A DNA stretch of 58,766 nucleotides. Source: Bdellovibrionota bacterium (GTDB lineage: Bacteria > Bdellovibrionota > UBA1018 > UBA923). How positions within the stretch are numbered: the first letter of the stretch is position 1; the number at the start of each line of letters is the position of its first letter. The position numbers and the translations under genes are program-made. This document shows, one piece after another, positions 29,601 to 39,014 of the stretch. The DNA lies in the NCBI GenBank assembly GCA_040754655.1, contig JBFMCE010000006.1, positions 1 to 58,766 on the forward strand. The letters are read 5' to 3'. The notes beneath the pieces were generated by a model. That model was not told where the DNA came from. It was given only the letters and a program-made list of their open reading frames with translations, and searched no databases.

Positions 29601-30546
29601 ATGGCTGCAGTTGAGCTATATCCCCAACTTGTCGGCGAACAACAGCCCGGCCTATCCCAACTTCATCGACGGACTGAACTTGACCGGACTCAGAAACGAA
29701 ATGATCCAAGAGGTGCTCGACTTCGCCAATTATTACACTTGGGACACCGCCGGCACGTTCTCACAACTCTTGACCAGCAACCGCTCGTTCGCACGCTCAA
29801 ACGCGCTCGCTTCAATCTATGGAACATCGACGTGGGCAGGCTCCGGCAACTTGCCTCCCGCAACCACCGACGGGATCAGGGCGGGTCTTTTCACGCGCGC
29901 GGGCATGCTCGTGACGGGCAACCACGCCACGAACCCGATCAAACGCGGGGTTTACATGAGAAAGCAGATTCTCTGTGATAACCTTCCTGATCCAAATCCG
30001 ACAGAACTTCCGGATGGCGCGACCAGCCCTGTGACAGAGCCTGCCGACACGGATCGATTCACCACGCGCGAGCGCTACACCCATCGCACCCACCCTGTAG
30101 ACATGGGCGGTTTCGCGCCGACTTCGATGTGCATGACTTGCCATAGCCAAATCGATCCACTGGGCTTCCTTGCCGAGAGCTTCGATGGTTTGGGCCGCGT
30201 TCGATCGCAAGAACGCTTGTACAGCGCAACCGACGGACGATATCTGGCAAGCGTGAACATCAACCCAGTCGCCCAGCCACAGATCGTTTCAGGCGACACT
30301 CGAAGCGCTAACGATGCGAGCGACCTCTACGCGCTTATCGATGACAGCGGAAAAGCGCATTCGTGCTTCGTCAGAAGGTATTTCAACTTTGCTTTCGGAA
30401 AAACAGAGAACGTCGGCACCGACGGATGCTCACTCGAGGGAATGCGCGAAAAACTCACTCGCGCCTCTGGCGGTGGGATCCGGACGATGTTCCTTGATTT
30501 CGTCAATCAACCTGAGTTTCGTATGAAAAAACGGGGACCGCAATAG
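26617..30546 (+). CDS. Large lipoprotein: cytochrome c domain, about 4 Ig-like repeats, second cytochrome domain, DUF1592/DUF1588-type C-terminus
   Basis: Lipobox LQGC; CLSCH, CAACH and CMTCH; DTxAP-delimited Ig repeats; RRLSKAQY.NT..DL, AYRRPL, YEVAARLSF, TNPIKRG and DPLGF. Confidence 0.85.
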   Translation: MFQIIHGLKTLTWALAILVTLQGCKGLENAQDAVEAAPNFIPGNTRPRVIASSSPFRAILANKCLSCHGSGSRDGDFTVSDEDLIQRGYIAQSGDPDASSLYYRLRGANSNHTPNQENMPPTERDRLTNDELTIVRNHIISLRRTLPPSVAFIRPADGRLSNQTRFDVEIACTVGAGDVTVSGQAADVISGFTLPCEPNGRAIGQVTVRAGDYSSTLTATQTINGQTDTRTLNFSTDTVAPVVSLNGTDGDLRGTQNFSVSGGCLAADNGRTVTLSGNLLNGATVDATCQNSVFTANVTVTAGVGNKTINANMSDAAGNSSNTAARVFRYDNNAPVVTITAPTAAVAPTTGGVSAVALAGDCVTGLNVRVSVRVGGNVIGTPTNVACTNARYAANVTLPAPDGTKEILVQQTNAANLTGSASRNYQRDTAAPALAVTAPAPDASPNPNAQTSVNARSVNLSGTCETGLTVNVSQVGVAGTTTANCDAPGTFSVTGFQVSAGDGQKQIQLNQRDAATNTGAITKIIVLDTVAPTLTITDAPAANSEVLTNTFTVGGACQGNLPVTITVTSSVVVGQSNSVNTACTGGVSYSAYVGIEALAPGAFTLSVTQRDVAGNTGQAPSRSIIKAQSLAAERALQSFRDTVYAITNTRGDCAACHYAAGAGMRFPHADSNIYTAYDAAKSLVNFTNPELSRMVAVCSTDRHRNYRACANGGRELEDAIRSWWSGGEEAYALAGHKPFACAPGSDPGITPTRRLSKAQYGNTIRDLLRVFNPTNAADFNAIAAALAPEVDQLPSDEGGTFDRMDLRVNSAHVNVFYTVASLFADQVSSTNARLLRFAGQYAPSCTSVTPPTSQCVNDFIAGFGLYAYRRPLIAEEVTSYRAMYDAPSTTGLRNLIARFLMAPEFIYQVEVGNLASAETDVFSLTPYEVAARLSFHFWDTMPNTALFNYADDPSPNPLLASGAAFQNIVNEVLNAAHPDGGATRTRQTFDRFYSQWLQLSYIPNLSANNSPAYPNFIDGLNLTGLRNEMIQEVLDFANYYTWDTAGTFSQLLTSNRSFARSNALASIYGTSTWAGSGNLPPATTDGIRAGLFTRAGMLVTGNHATNPIKRGVYMRKQILCDNLPDPNPTELPDGATSPVTEPADTDRFTTRERYTHRTHPVDMGGFAPTSMCMTCHSQIDPLGFLAESFDGLGRVRSQERLYSATDGRYLASVNINPVAQPQIVSGDTRSANDASDLYALIDDSGKAHSCFVRRYFNFAFGKTENVGTDGCSLEGMREKLTRASGGGIRTMFLDFVNQPEFRMKKRGPQ

Positions 30547-30562
30547 GGGGCGATGAACTCAT

Positions 30563-32236
30563 ATGATTTACAATAAAATCAGTAGAAGGGCATTCTTGCA
30601 GGGAGCCAGCGGATTCGCGCTGGCCATACCCTTGCTGCCATCCCTGCTCGAACGAGAAGTCAGGGCCCAAATGGCCGGAGCACGGCCACGATTCATCGGC
30701 ATCATGTCGCGCAACGGCGCGGTGAGCAGCAACGCATGGTACCCTGCCGCTCTTCCTTCGATCGCCAATGCGCTACCTGGGTCTCCTGGCAACACTGTGA
30801 ATATCGGACAAGGCCACAGTATCTATTCAGAATCGCTTCGCACCCTCCAAGGCGGTAGAGGAAACGCCCTCTCACCGGTCATAGGCCCCGCTTTTGACTC
30901 GATCCTTGATCGCGTGAACATGATTCGAGGCCTCGATGTACCGATGTACCTAGGCCATCACCGTGGCGGAACACTTGGAAACTTCATTGACGCTGATCAA
31001 GTCAACCGAACTGGGATGACGTCGATGCCGACGATCGACCAGGTTATCTCGGCCTCGATGGTCTCAAACCCCGAACGGGCTTTTTCAGTTGCGATCAACC
31101 CGGAGAGCAACAATCTCACGATTTCTTTTGCTGGCGTTGGAAACCCCGCCGTGACCGTTCATCAGTACCCGATGGTTCTTTTTCGACAGCTCTTCTGCGG
31201 CGGCACCGCTTGCCCTCCGGACGCAAGCCCATCGCCAAGCCCTTCACCCGTGGCTTCGCCAACACCTTCATTGATTGACCTTGTGATCGACGATTACCGC
31301 AGGCTGATGTCGCGCGCCAATCGCCGCATCAGCTCGGAAGACCGTTTGAGGCTTGATGCCCACGTGACATCGCTGCGTGACATCCAAACCCGGCTTGGCG
31401 GTGGTCCTAGCCCTTCGCCAGGAGCCTCACCCGCGCCCGCGCCAGGCAACTGCAGGCAGCTCACCGAAGCCGACATCAACAGCCGGTACCCTCGCAATGC
31501 GAGCAATCAAGTTATCCCGTTTATAAACCAAGACGACACATTGGGGCTAACGAACATCGCCGCCTACTACCATATCTTCAACGACGTTTTGGCCGCCGGT
31601 ATCCGCTGCGGACTTATTCGCACGGCGACGATCACGATAAGCCGGGCGACATACCGGTTTGACGCCGGCCCCGGCACCAACAATTGGCATGAATGGTCGC
31701 ACAACCCGGGTTTGGAGAGCTATCAAACGAACCTCACCAACACGAACCGATGGATCGCCGAGAACATCTTCGCTGACCTTGCAAGCAAACTTGAGCAAAG
31801 CACCGATGCCGATGGGCAAACTTGCCTGAGAAACTCGCTCGTCATGTGGGGCCATGAAGAGGGTTGCGTATTGCCCGGCTACGCTGGCGCCAACGTCGAC
31901 GTGCACTACCTCACGAGCGTTCCGATACTCACAGCGGGTGAAATGGGCGGAAGGCTCAACGCGGGCCTCTACCTCGATTACCGAAACCGCAACTCAGCTC
32001 TTTGCAACAATGGCGAAAGGATCGGCGTCCCCTACAATCGATTCCTAGTCACGCTCCTGCAGGGAATGGGACTGCGCTGGGAAGATTATCGCGTCCACCA
32101 GCTCAACGACCCAAACAACTCTTATTTACCAGGATACGGCGACACGATGATACGAAACGATTTAATGACTCAGCGCACCCAGCAGTACAATTTCGGGCTC
32201 GTCGATACGCCACTACCCCTGCTTTTCCGAAGCTAA
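30563..32236 (+). CDS. DUF1552-family Tat-exported protein
   Basis: SRRAFLQGA twin-Arg signal, LAIPLL.SL, TIDQVI, SLIDLV..D and DR.RLDAH...RDI. Confidence 0.85.
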   Translation: MIYNKISRRAFLQGASGFALAIPLLPSLLEREVRAQMAGARPRFIGIMSRNGAVSSNAWYPAALPSIANALPGSPGNTVNIGQGHSIYSESLRTLQGGRGNALSPVIGPAFDSILDRVNMIRGLDVPMYLGHHRGGTLGNFIDADQVNRTGMTSMPTIDQVISASMVSNPERAFSVAINPESNNLTISFAGVGNPAVTVHQYPMVLFRQLFCGGTACPPDASPSPSPSPVASPTPSLIDLVIDDYRRLMSRANRRISSEDRLRLDAHVTSLRDIQTRLGGGPSPSPGASPAPAPGNCRQLTEADINSRYPRNASNQVIPFINQDDTLGLTNIAAYYHIFNDVLAAGIRCGLIRTATITISRATYRFDAGPGTNNWHEWSHNPGLESYQTNLTNTNRWIAENIFADLASKLEQSTDADGQTCLRNSLVMWGHEEGCVLPGYAGANVDVHYLTSVPILTAGEMGGRLNAGLYLDYRNRNSALCNNGERIGVPYNRFLVTLLQGMGLRWEDYRVHQLNDPNNSYLPGYGDTMIRNDLMTQRTQQYNFGLVDTPLPLLFRS

Positions 32237-33076
32237 TTAAGGCGCGCAAGCCCTGACTTGGCGATCCTTGATTGACGCACCCAAAGAGTGGCAAATATCG
32301 CCCTCTTTGCCGGTGATCATCACGCGACCGCTGTACTTCTCAAGCAACTTGAGGACTCGCTCGGCTGGCCTACCCCAATAGTTGTTTTGATCGACGGGGA
32401 CGATCGAAACCTTTGGCCTCACCCGCGCAAGAAACGCATCATCGCTAGTGTCATTGGCGCCATGGTGGCCAACGACCAGTATATCTACTTGTTGAGGCGC
32501 TCTTCCCTGCCCTAAAAGCTCTCTCTCAACGTCTTGAGTCGCGTCGCCCATTACAAGAGTCCGCGACTGCCCCTCCTCCACCAGCAAGACCAAAGAATTT
32601 TTATTGAGGTCCGTTCCTTCGATCTTCTCAGGCCAGAGAACTTTGAGCTTGGCGCCTTGCCAGGCAAGCTCATCGCCCGCTTTTAAACAACGGCGTCGCG
32701 GGTTTTGAGAGAGTGCATTGAACTCCCAGCGCACGATCTGCTCGACCGCGCCCGGCGTTTTCACGTCGATCGGGTGGCAGTTTTCCAGCACCGAGACCTT
32801 TGGGAAGCTTTCAATGACCCGAAAATACCCGCTTGCATGGTCAGCATGAAGATGAGTGAGAATGAGGTGATCCAAGGAGGAAAGTTTTTTCCGCTTCATC
32901 TTATCCAAGATCCGAGGGGTCAACTGAAGAGGCCCGGTGTCGATCAAGATTGCCCGAGCGTTCTTTTCGAGCAAAACCGAAAGGCCTTCTCCTGCGTCGA
33001 AAACCGTGACGCGGAGTTTGGCCAAAGCCGAACCTGAAGCCAAGAAAACACTCAGGAAAAAAATAAGACAACGCAT
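32237..33076 (-). CDS. ComEC/Rec2-type metallo-beta-lactamase-fold hydrolase
   Basis: DAGEG, LIDTG, THLHADH, N.NSLV, MGDA and GHHGA. Confidence 0.9.
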   Translation of the reverse strand: MRCLIFFLSVFLASGSALAKLRVTVFDAGEGLSVLLEKNARAILIDTGPLQLTPRILDKMKRKKLSSLDHLILTHLHADHASGYFRVIESFPKVSVLENCHPIDVKTPGAVEQIVRWEFNALSQNPRRRCLKAGDELAWQGAKLKVLWPEKIEGTDLNKNSLVLLVEEGQSRTLVMGDATQDVERELLGQGRAPQQVDILVVGHHGANDTSDDAFLARVRPKVSIVPVDQNNYWGRPAERVLKLLEKYSGRVMITGKEGDICHSLGASIKDRQVRACAP

Positions 33077-33107
33077 GATTGTTTTTCCGCCATTTTAGGG
33101 TGAACCC

Positions 33108-34619
33108 TCAGTACTTTGATATCCAGCTGCTGATCAGTGCGTCTTGCGTTTTTCGCGCTTGTTTTATCCACCGCTCAGCCGCCTCGAGATCGTCCTCTGA
33201 CGCCCGAGAGGAAATAGCATCAAATGCGGCCCTTTTCGGGAAATCAGTGACAAAAACCACAAAAAGATACTTCCTTTTCGACTTTGAAAAGAGAAAACCC
33301 GCGAGAGCTGACGAGTAATTCACAGTACCCGTCTTCGCCCACACTGAAAATGCCGTATCTGGAGTGCTCAAACGTTTGCGCAAAGTGCCCTTCCAACCCG
33401 AAATGGGCAAAAGAGAGAGATAACTTCTACCAGCGTACGAAGCCTTTTCGCTGAACTTCAAAACCTCAAGCATCTGCAAGGGCGTCACTCTCGCCGTTAC
33501 GCTGAGCCCCGAGCCATTGTCACCCACGTAGTTCGTCCAATCCGCGCCTGGAAAACGGCTTTTGATCCAGTTCGAAACCGAACTGACCGCGTCTTGGTAC
33601 CGAACAGCCTTTCCTAAAAGCTTTCGAGCGGTCGCAAGATAGAGCAACTCTGACATGAGATTATTGCTGTGTTCGAGGTTCATCTCGGCCAGACGAACAA
33701 GTTCAAGGCTTGAATGTTCAGCGATGCGCTTGGCGTTTTTTGGCTCAACGCCCCGTTCCGTAGGAAGGGTAAATTCAATTCCATTCATCTCGCAAAATCT
33801 CACGAACAGTTGCGCGGCATGCAGACTAGGATCGTATACAGGCAAGCTTTCTCTCTTATTTTCTTTGAGTTTTCCCGTTGAAAACAACCAAGTTCCCACG
33901 GCCGAACCCGCTTGCGGGCGCTCGTACTTGAACTTGGTCAGCTCTTGAGCCTTAAGGTCAAGAGCTGGCTGCAACCGGTATAGCGGCAGACTTGGGATGG
34001 AATAAAGTTCAAGTTGGTCTTGGTCGCGGTTTGCAACCCACTCGACGGCCATCTCGTTGAAATCAACAGACAAAGCGCTCACGCCAGGATTGTACGCATC
34101 CGCGAATCCGGGGTTTGAGTAAATCTCTGAAGCGTTGGGCAAAAAGCTGTCATCATAAATCAACTTTCCCAAAACCTTCTTTATGCCTTGGCCTTTCAAC
34201 GAAATGGCCAAGGCCATGAGGTCTGCTGCGGTCAAAAACGGATCACCCATTCCTTTTAGATAAATATCTCCGTCAAGCACTTGCGAACGCACGCGCCCAG
34301 CTCTGCTCAAAGTAGTCGTAAAACGGTAATGAGGTCCCAAGACATTTAGAGCTGCGAGAGTCGCAAAAATCTTATGCGAAGATGCGGGAATGAATTCTTT
34401 CGTCGCTTGATGAGATTCAACAACGCTCTTTGTCTCGGGATCATAGATGACGTAGCCGAGATGCTCGGAAGTGATGGCAGAGTCGAACGCCTGCTCAAGC
34501 GCTCTCGGCAAAGAGGCGGCCTGCTCTCTCTCGACGACATGCACTCGTTGAGGGGTGGATTGGCATGCGAGCAGCAAAAACAAAGAGACCAGGCCCGAAG
34601 TCTTGAGAAGATGGCGCAT
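33108..34619 (-). CDS. dacB: D-Ala-D-Ala carboxypeptidase/endopeptidase (PBP4, peptidase S13) lipoprotein
   Basis: PASSHK (SxxK), SNN, DNGSGLS and AKTGT; lipobox LLAC. Confidence 0.92.
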   Translation of the reverse strand: MRHLLKTSGLVSLFLLLACQSTPQRVHVVEREQAASLPRALEQAFDSAITSEHLGYVIYDPETKSVVESHQATKEFIPASSHKIFATLAALNVLGPHYRFTTTLSRAGRVRSQVLDGDIYLKGMGDPFLTAADLMALAISLKGQGIKKVLGKLIYDDSFLPNASEIYSNPGFADAYNPGVSALSVDFNEMAVEWVANRDQDQLELYSIPSLPLYRLQPALDLKAQELTKFKYERPQAGSAVGTWLFSTGKLKENKRESLPVYDPSLHAAQLFVRFCEMNGIEFTLPTERGVEPKNAKRIAEHSSLELVRLAEMNLEHSNNLMSELLYLATARKLLGKAVRYQDAVSSVSNWIKSRFPGADWTNYVGDNGSGLSVTARVTPLQMLEVLKFSEKASYAGRSYLSLLPISGWKGTLRKRLSTPDTAFSVWAKTGTVNYSSALAGFLFSKSKRKYLFVVFVTDFPKRAAFDAISSRASEDDLEAAERWIKQARKTQDALISSWISKY

Positions 34620-34754
34620 AATAAATAATTTATACCGCAAAAGACGCTTTAAATTGAGCAAAAACCCAATGGCTCATCAAAAGCTTTCCCGCGTAGCGAC
34701 GTGCCTTTCAGGCAGGCTTGATTAAACTCTTTTCTTTCTATGGAAGGGAAGAAG

Positions 34755-36179
34755 ATGTTTAAAGCAAGGCTGCTTCTACTGATCTCGTTTTTCTTCGCCG
34801 CAGGTTGCGCTTCTGACAGCAGTGACGGTCAACCCGCTTCTCAAATTGAAATCGATTCGGTCAAAGTTGATCCTATCGAAACCGTTTACGGCACGGTCTA
34901 CCCCCTTGACGCCGACTCAATCGACCTCGACGCTGAGCTTGACGCCGGCAACAATGTCGTAAGGATTAAAAGCAAGCTGAGTTTCGCGATCGCAACCCAC
35001 GACCACAAGCCGATGCTCGCCCTGCCGGCCGACGCCTCAAATCTCGTCGTCAGCCTTGACTCAAAATCTCTCGATAAAAACGAACTCAAGCCGGTCACCA
35101 TTCCTCTTGAAAACGGGAACCGTTATCATGTGCTTGACCAAATCTTATCGGAAGGCGGCCATATTTTTGAATTCGAATACACCCTTCCAGCCCAAAGCTC
35201 ATTTCTCTCTCGCTTCGCCGACATCAATGGAAAAGGACTGCAAGCCTATGTGCCTTGCAACCCGATGCTCTACGACCGGTTTCATTTCTTCGGAAAAATG
35301 AGCGTCGCCAACGCCGGAGAGACGTACCGCTTCTACAGCAACGCGACCACCAGCGATCTTGATAACAATTCTTGGTCATTTGCGCACTCGGTGCGCGTCA
35401 ATGCTCTGGCGCCCTACTTCCACCTTTTGCCCGAAAGCGCGATCGTCGGAAGCGCCACCCGTACCTACCAAGGAGCAGCTGGCCCGATCACGATACACGC
35501 GTACCGAACCGATGCTGCGGCTCCCAATACGACCGGTGCGATTGATGTGATTGAAGCTTCGCTAGCAAAGTACGAAGGCCTTTTAGGACCTTATGCCCAT
35601 GGCAACAAATTCATTGCTTACATCACGACAGGAAGCGGGGGAATGGAACATTCAGGCGCCACGGTCTCTTCCCTCTCTGCATTGAAGCATGAAGTGTTTC
35701 ACAGCTGGTTTGCAACCGGAGTCTTTCCTCGCTTCTACTCTGATGCCTGGATTGATGAAGCGCTTGCCCGGTGGTTTGACAACTCGAGCCCAGTGGAATC
35801 TCTTGCTGGGTCGACCAAGGCGGTGAGGCTTGCGGGCTATAGTCCTTATCAACTTTATTTCCCGACCGATGCTTACAATTATGGCAGCAAGTTGATCGCG
35901 CATCTTGCTTCGCTCGCCGGGGGCCGCGATCGATTCATGCAGTTCTTGTCAGAGTTTTATCAGCAAAACAAACTGCAAACTGTGACCACCGAAATTTTCT
36001 TAGACTTCATGAAGAGCAAACTTGGGGTTGATCTCAATGGTTTTTTTGCGACTTATATTTACGGTGGACGCAGCAGCACAAGTGACCGTCCGGATGAAGT
36101 CATCTCTGAAACCTCGTTTGCGCCTAAAAGCGGGCTCGAGGCGCCTTTGACTGAAGGAAGTTTTTTGAGGGAGAACTAG
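34755..36179 (+). CDS. M1/gluzincin zinc metallopeptidase lipoprotein
   Basis: Lipobox AAGC; GGMEH and HEVFHSWF...WIDEA. Confidence 0.88.
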   Translation: MFKARLLLLISFFFAAGCASDSSDGQPASQIEIDSVKVDPIETVYGTVYPLDADSIDLDAELDAGNNVVRIKSKLSFAIATHDHKPMLALPADASNLVVSLDSKSLDKNELKPVTIPLENGNRYHVLDQILSEGGHIFEFEYTLPAQSSFLSRFADINGKGLQAYVPCNPMLYDRFHFFGKMSVANAGETYRFYSNATTSDLDNNSWSFAHSVRVNALAPYFHLLPESAIVGSATRTYQGAAGPITIHAYRTDAAAPNTTGAIDVIEASLAKYEGLLGPYAHGNKFIAYITTGSGGMEHSGATVSSLSALKHEVFHSWFATGVFPRFYSDAWIDEALARWFDNSSPVESLAGSTKAVRLAGYSPYQLYFPTDAYNYGSKLIAHLASLAGGRDRFMQFLSEFYQQNKLQTVTTEIFLDFMKSKLGVDLNGFFATYIYGGRSSTSDRPDEVISETSFAPKSGLEAPLTEGSFLREN

Positions 36180-36201
36180 AAACCGGATCGCTACTTGCGG
36201 T

Positions 36202-37164
36202 TCACGGTATTCTCTCTTCGCAAACCTTCTCAACCGAATATAGCGTGGGGTCTGGCACTTTCTCTCCTTGCTTGAGCAACGATTCAATATAAACCATTGA
36301 TGCGCTAGGCGGAGTCGACCAGTTTCTGTAACGATCGCGTTGAGATTGAATCTCATTGCTGCGCAGCAAGTTACAGCGCTTTTGGATGATCTTTTTCGTA
36401 AAAACCCAGCGCCTGTGATTGTAAACAGAGGGGTTGTACGACTCATCCCAGGCTGGGCTCACGTAATCCCTGAAATCAAACGAGCCATCGTACTGCCAAC
36501 GGTTGTCAGCCTTGCTTTTCGTGAGTCGCGGCTTCTCGCCCCGGCAAAGGCTCGAATAAAAGCGCACTCCTTGATAATCCGCCTCGAGATCGCCGAATGA
36601 AAATACTCCGCTGCTCCACATCCCAAGGTAACGCCATTCGGTTGAGATTCCGTAATCAACTGCCGCCTTGACGGCCTCTTCTTCGGTGCCTTGACGCTCA
36701 ATGACTTCACGATATCTTTCGTAGGCTCTGAACCCCGTGCTGAAAAAATGCTGGATCTTATCAAATCCAAAACGAACGCCAGCGGCCAAGACTGTCTGTC
36801 CTTTGGGCATCACGCGATTTTTGAAATCAACTTCGCTCCCATAAAAGCTTTCGCGGTCAAATTCTTCTTTCTGCGATTCTGAGAAGGGCACGCGATCTAT
36901 CTCTGAGTGGTAATTTGAAACAAACTCAAGCTTCCATCCCTCTAAAGCCAACGCAGCTCGAATCAAACTTGAAAGCGAATGGCACGACAGATTTTGTTCG
37001 CCGACCGCGCGGACGACACCTGAAATCGTTTGGTTGACCAAGGCATTGAGTTCAGAAGTGGAATCTTTAAGCGGTTTGTCCCAGGCGAAATACTGATCGG
37101 TTTCTGAGGCGATTCCAAAAGAAGGCAAAACTAAGCACAACCATGCACAGAGTCTCAAACCCAT
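36202..37164 (-). CDS. Secreted hypothetical protein
   Basis: Signal peptide; conserved-looking ETDQY, FGFDKIQHFF, SFGDLEADYQG and WDESYN. Confidence 0.75.
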   Translation of the reverse strand: MGLRLCAWLCLVLPSFGIASETDQYFAWDKPLKDSTSELNALVNQTISGVVRAVGEQNLSCHSLSSLIRAALALEGWKLEFVSNYHSEIDRVPFSESQKEEFDRESFYGSEVDFKNRVMPKGQTVLAAGVRFGFDKIQHFFSTGFRAYERYREVIERQGTEEEAVKAAVDYGISTEWRYLGMWSSGVFSFGDLEADYQGVRFYSSLCRGEKPRLTKSKADNRWQYDGSFDFRDYVSPAWDESYNPSVYNHRRWVFTKKIIQKRCNLLRSNEIQSQRDRYRNWSTPPSASMVYIESLLKQGEKVPDPTLYSVEKVCEERIP

Positions 37165-37376
37165 ATTTCCCCCTCAAACGTTCTTGTTCACTAACATGGT
37201 TTTTTTGAGATGTAAGCAGAACTTAAATGGCGCGTGGCGCCGCCATTCAAATCGCAAAAGATATTGACTTCAACACAATAAAAGAGAATGCAAGTTTTGC
37301 CTCTATTTTTTTGGAGGCGCGCTCCTAAAGGCTATAGGTGATTCGATTGAGCGCACCCAACTTTTGGAGCGATCTT

Positions 37377-38549
37377 TTATTGCCCTTGCAAATGCCTCAA
37401 GATCTCTTCGCTCGAGGCGCGGCCGTCGATGACGACCACGGCATTTACGCTGGAAGAGCCGCCTGACTTGAGAGGATCTTCGCCAACCCCGCTATACCAA
37501 CCCACATCTTCAAAAGACTTAGCAACTGAAATGTATCGAAACGACCGAGGAATCTTATCGGCGTGCGGAGCAAGTGCTTCTAACTTGTTTAATGCTGCAT
37601 CGATTTCTTTATCGGTAAGCCCGCTATCGTCAAAGACGCGAACCTTTCGTTTGAGCTTATTCCCTACGTTTTTGCATCTGTTTATCAGATTTTTCTTCTT
37701 GATGGTTTCCGGATCGTCGAGATTTGGCAGGCCCTTCAAAATCGATCGCATTTGATAATAGTTGACGCTCGCGGGAATAAAAACCCTCGACATCTCGTCG
37801 TCATTCCTCACGACCGCCTGGGCAACGGCCCTAATCGTCGGGTTAAACAAATAAATTTCATCTATATATTTATTCTTTACGCCCGAGTCATTAGCGACCT
37901 CAAGAAGCACGTCCAGGGCGGCGTCGAGCATCTGAAGGTCCATGAGCCCGGAAGAATCGTGCAGCACTTCGTAACCCAGCTTGTCTTTAATTTCTTTTAT
38001 CTTTCGTTTTCTCTCTTCGGCCTGTTTGGCCTCGAGTTCGAAAGAATTTCGAATCATTTGATCTACCAAAAGCTCATGCGAGGTACGGGCAAATCCGAAC
38101 GCTAAAAAATCAATAATCTCGTCGACACCCGCGTCGTACGGAATTTCAACCGTGCCGAACCTCGACGCTTCAAGATCGGCAAAGCTTGTCGAGACATGCA
38201 CCTCAGAAATTTCCTTGCGGATGGAATCTCGGATACGTTCAAAGTTTTGAGCAAGTGTCTTTGTCACCTTTTGGCATATGCTTGGGTCAAGCGGAACCAT
38301 GCAAGACACATTGAGGTTGAGTTCAGCTTGAAAACGCTGCCTCCCTGAGACGTCGTCATTATCGTCATTTTTAGGGGCTTCATCGCCAGCCGCTTCGTCA
38401 ACGGGAGCCAGCTCGTCGACCGCTGACAAATCTTGCTTCTGAGGTGGCGGCTCGGCTTTCGTACCACTACCCTGCGGACCCGACGATTTCGAACAACCCG
38501 CACTCATTGTGAGTACGAAGACTAAAAAACCTAACGTAAGACGACTCAT
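37377..38549 (-). CDS. Lipoprotein with 3 degenerate tandem domains
   Basis: Lipobox SAGC; repeats such as HDSSGL..LDAAL and DDSGL..IDAAL. Confidence 0.75.
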   Translation of the reverse strand: MSRLTLGFLVFVLTMSAGCSKSSGPQGSGTKAEPPPQKQDLSAVDELAPVDEAAGDEAPKNDDNDDVSGRQRFQAELNLNVSCMVPLDPSICQKVTKTLAQNFERIRDSIRKEISEVHVSTSFADLEASRFGTVEIPYDAGVDEIIDFLAFGFARTSHELLVDQMIRNSFELEAKQAEERKRKIKEIKDKLGYEVLHDSSGLMDLQMLDAALDVLLEVANDSGVKNKYIDEIYLFNPTIRAVAQAVVRNDDEMSRVFIPASVNYYQMRSILKGLPNLDDPETIKKKNLINRCKNVGNKLKRKVRVFDDSGLTDKEIDAALNKLEALAPHADKIPRSFRYISVAKSFEDVGWYSGVGEDPLKSGGSSSVNAVVVIDGRASSEEILRHLQGQ

Positions 38550-38663
38550 CGATTCTCCTTAAAAGAGAACGGGAGTCTATCATTAGTTGATAATAATAGT
38601 CAACAACTCAGAAAGTCTTTCGAATTTAAAAAAATCCTTAAAATCCAGCAAGATAGCTTTTAA

Positions 38664-39014
38664 TCACCGAAGGACCTGAATCTTCCCCGGGTCAGACAGG
38701 CTTCCTTCAAGGATGACCCTTTCCGTTCTCATGGCAGGCTCGTTTCTGGTGCACTTGCGCGAAGAGTCTCGCTTTACAGCCACGCCCATTACGATCGCAT
38801 CTCCCCTAACGAAAGAAACAGTCTGAAAATCAGTTTCGTCACAACGCAGCTCAAAGCTCAATTGATACTGCGGCGGCATGCTCTCTGCGAAATCAATCTT
38901 GAGCACATGAGCCATGCGCCAAGACGATTCAAGAGAACTCTCAATCGCTATCGCGTGACCTGCCGAACACAGGCCCGTAAAAGCCATTAGAAAAACAAAC
39001 ACCGTTTTCTTCAT
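38664..39014 (-). CDS. Small secreted protein co-transcribed with the protease
   Basis: Signal peptide; 1-nt stop/start overlap at 39014; two Cys in the mature part. Confidence 0.7.
   Translation of the reverse strand: MKKTVFVFLMAFTGLCSAGHAIAIESSLESSWRMAHVLKIDFAESMPPQYQLSFELRCDETDFQTVSFVRGDAIVMGVAVKRDSSRKCTRNEPAMRTERVILEGSLSDPGKIQVLR

Noticed and set aside
31210..31450. Pro/Ser-rich repeats (SPSPSPSP, PSPSPGASPAPAP)
   Set aside because: Ordinary low-complexity linkers within the DUF1552 protein
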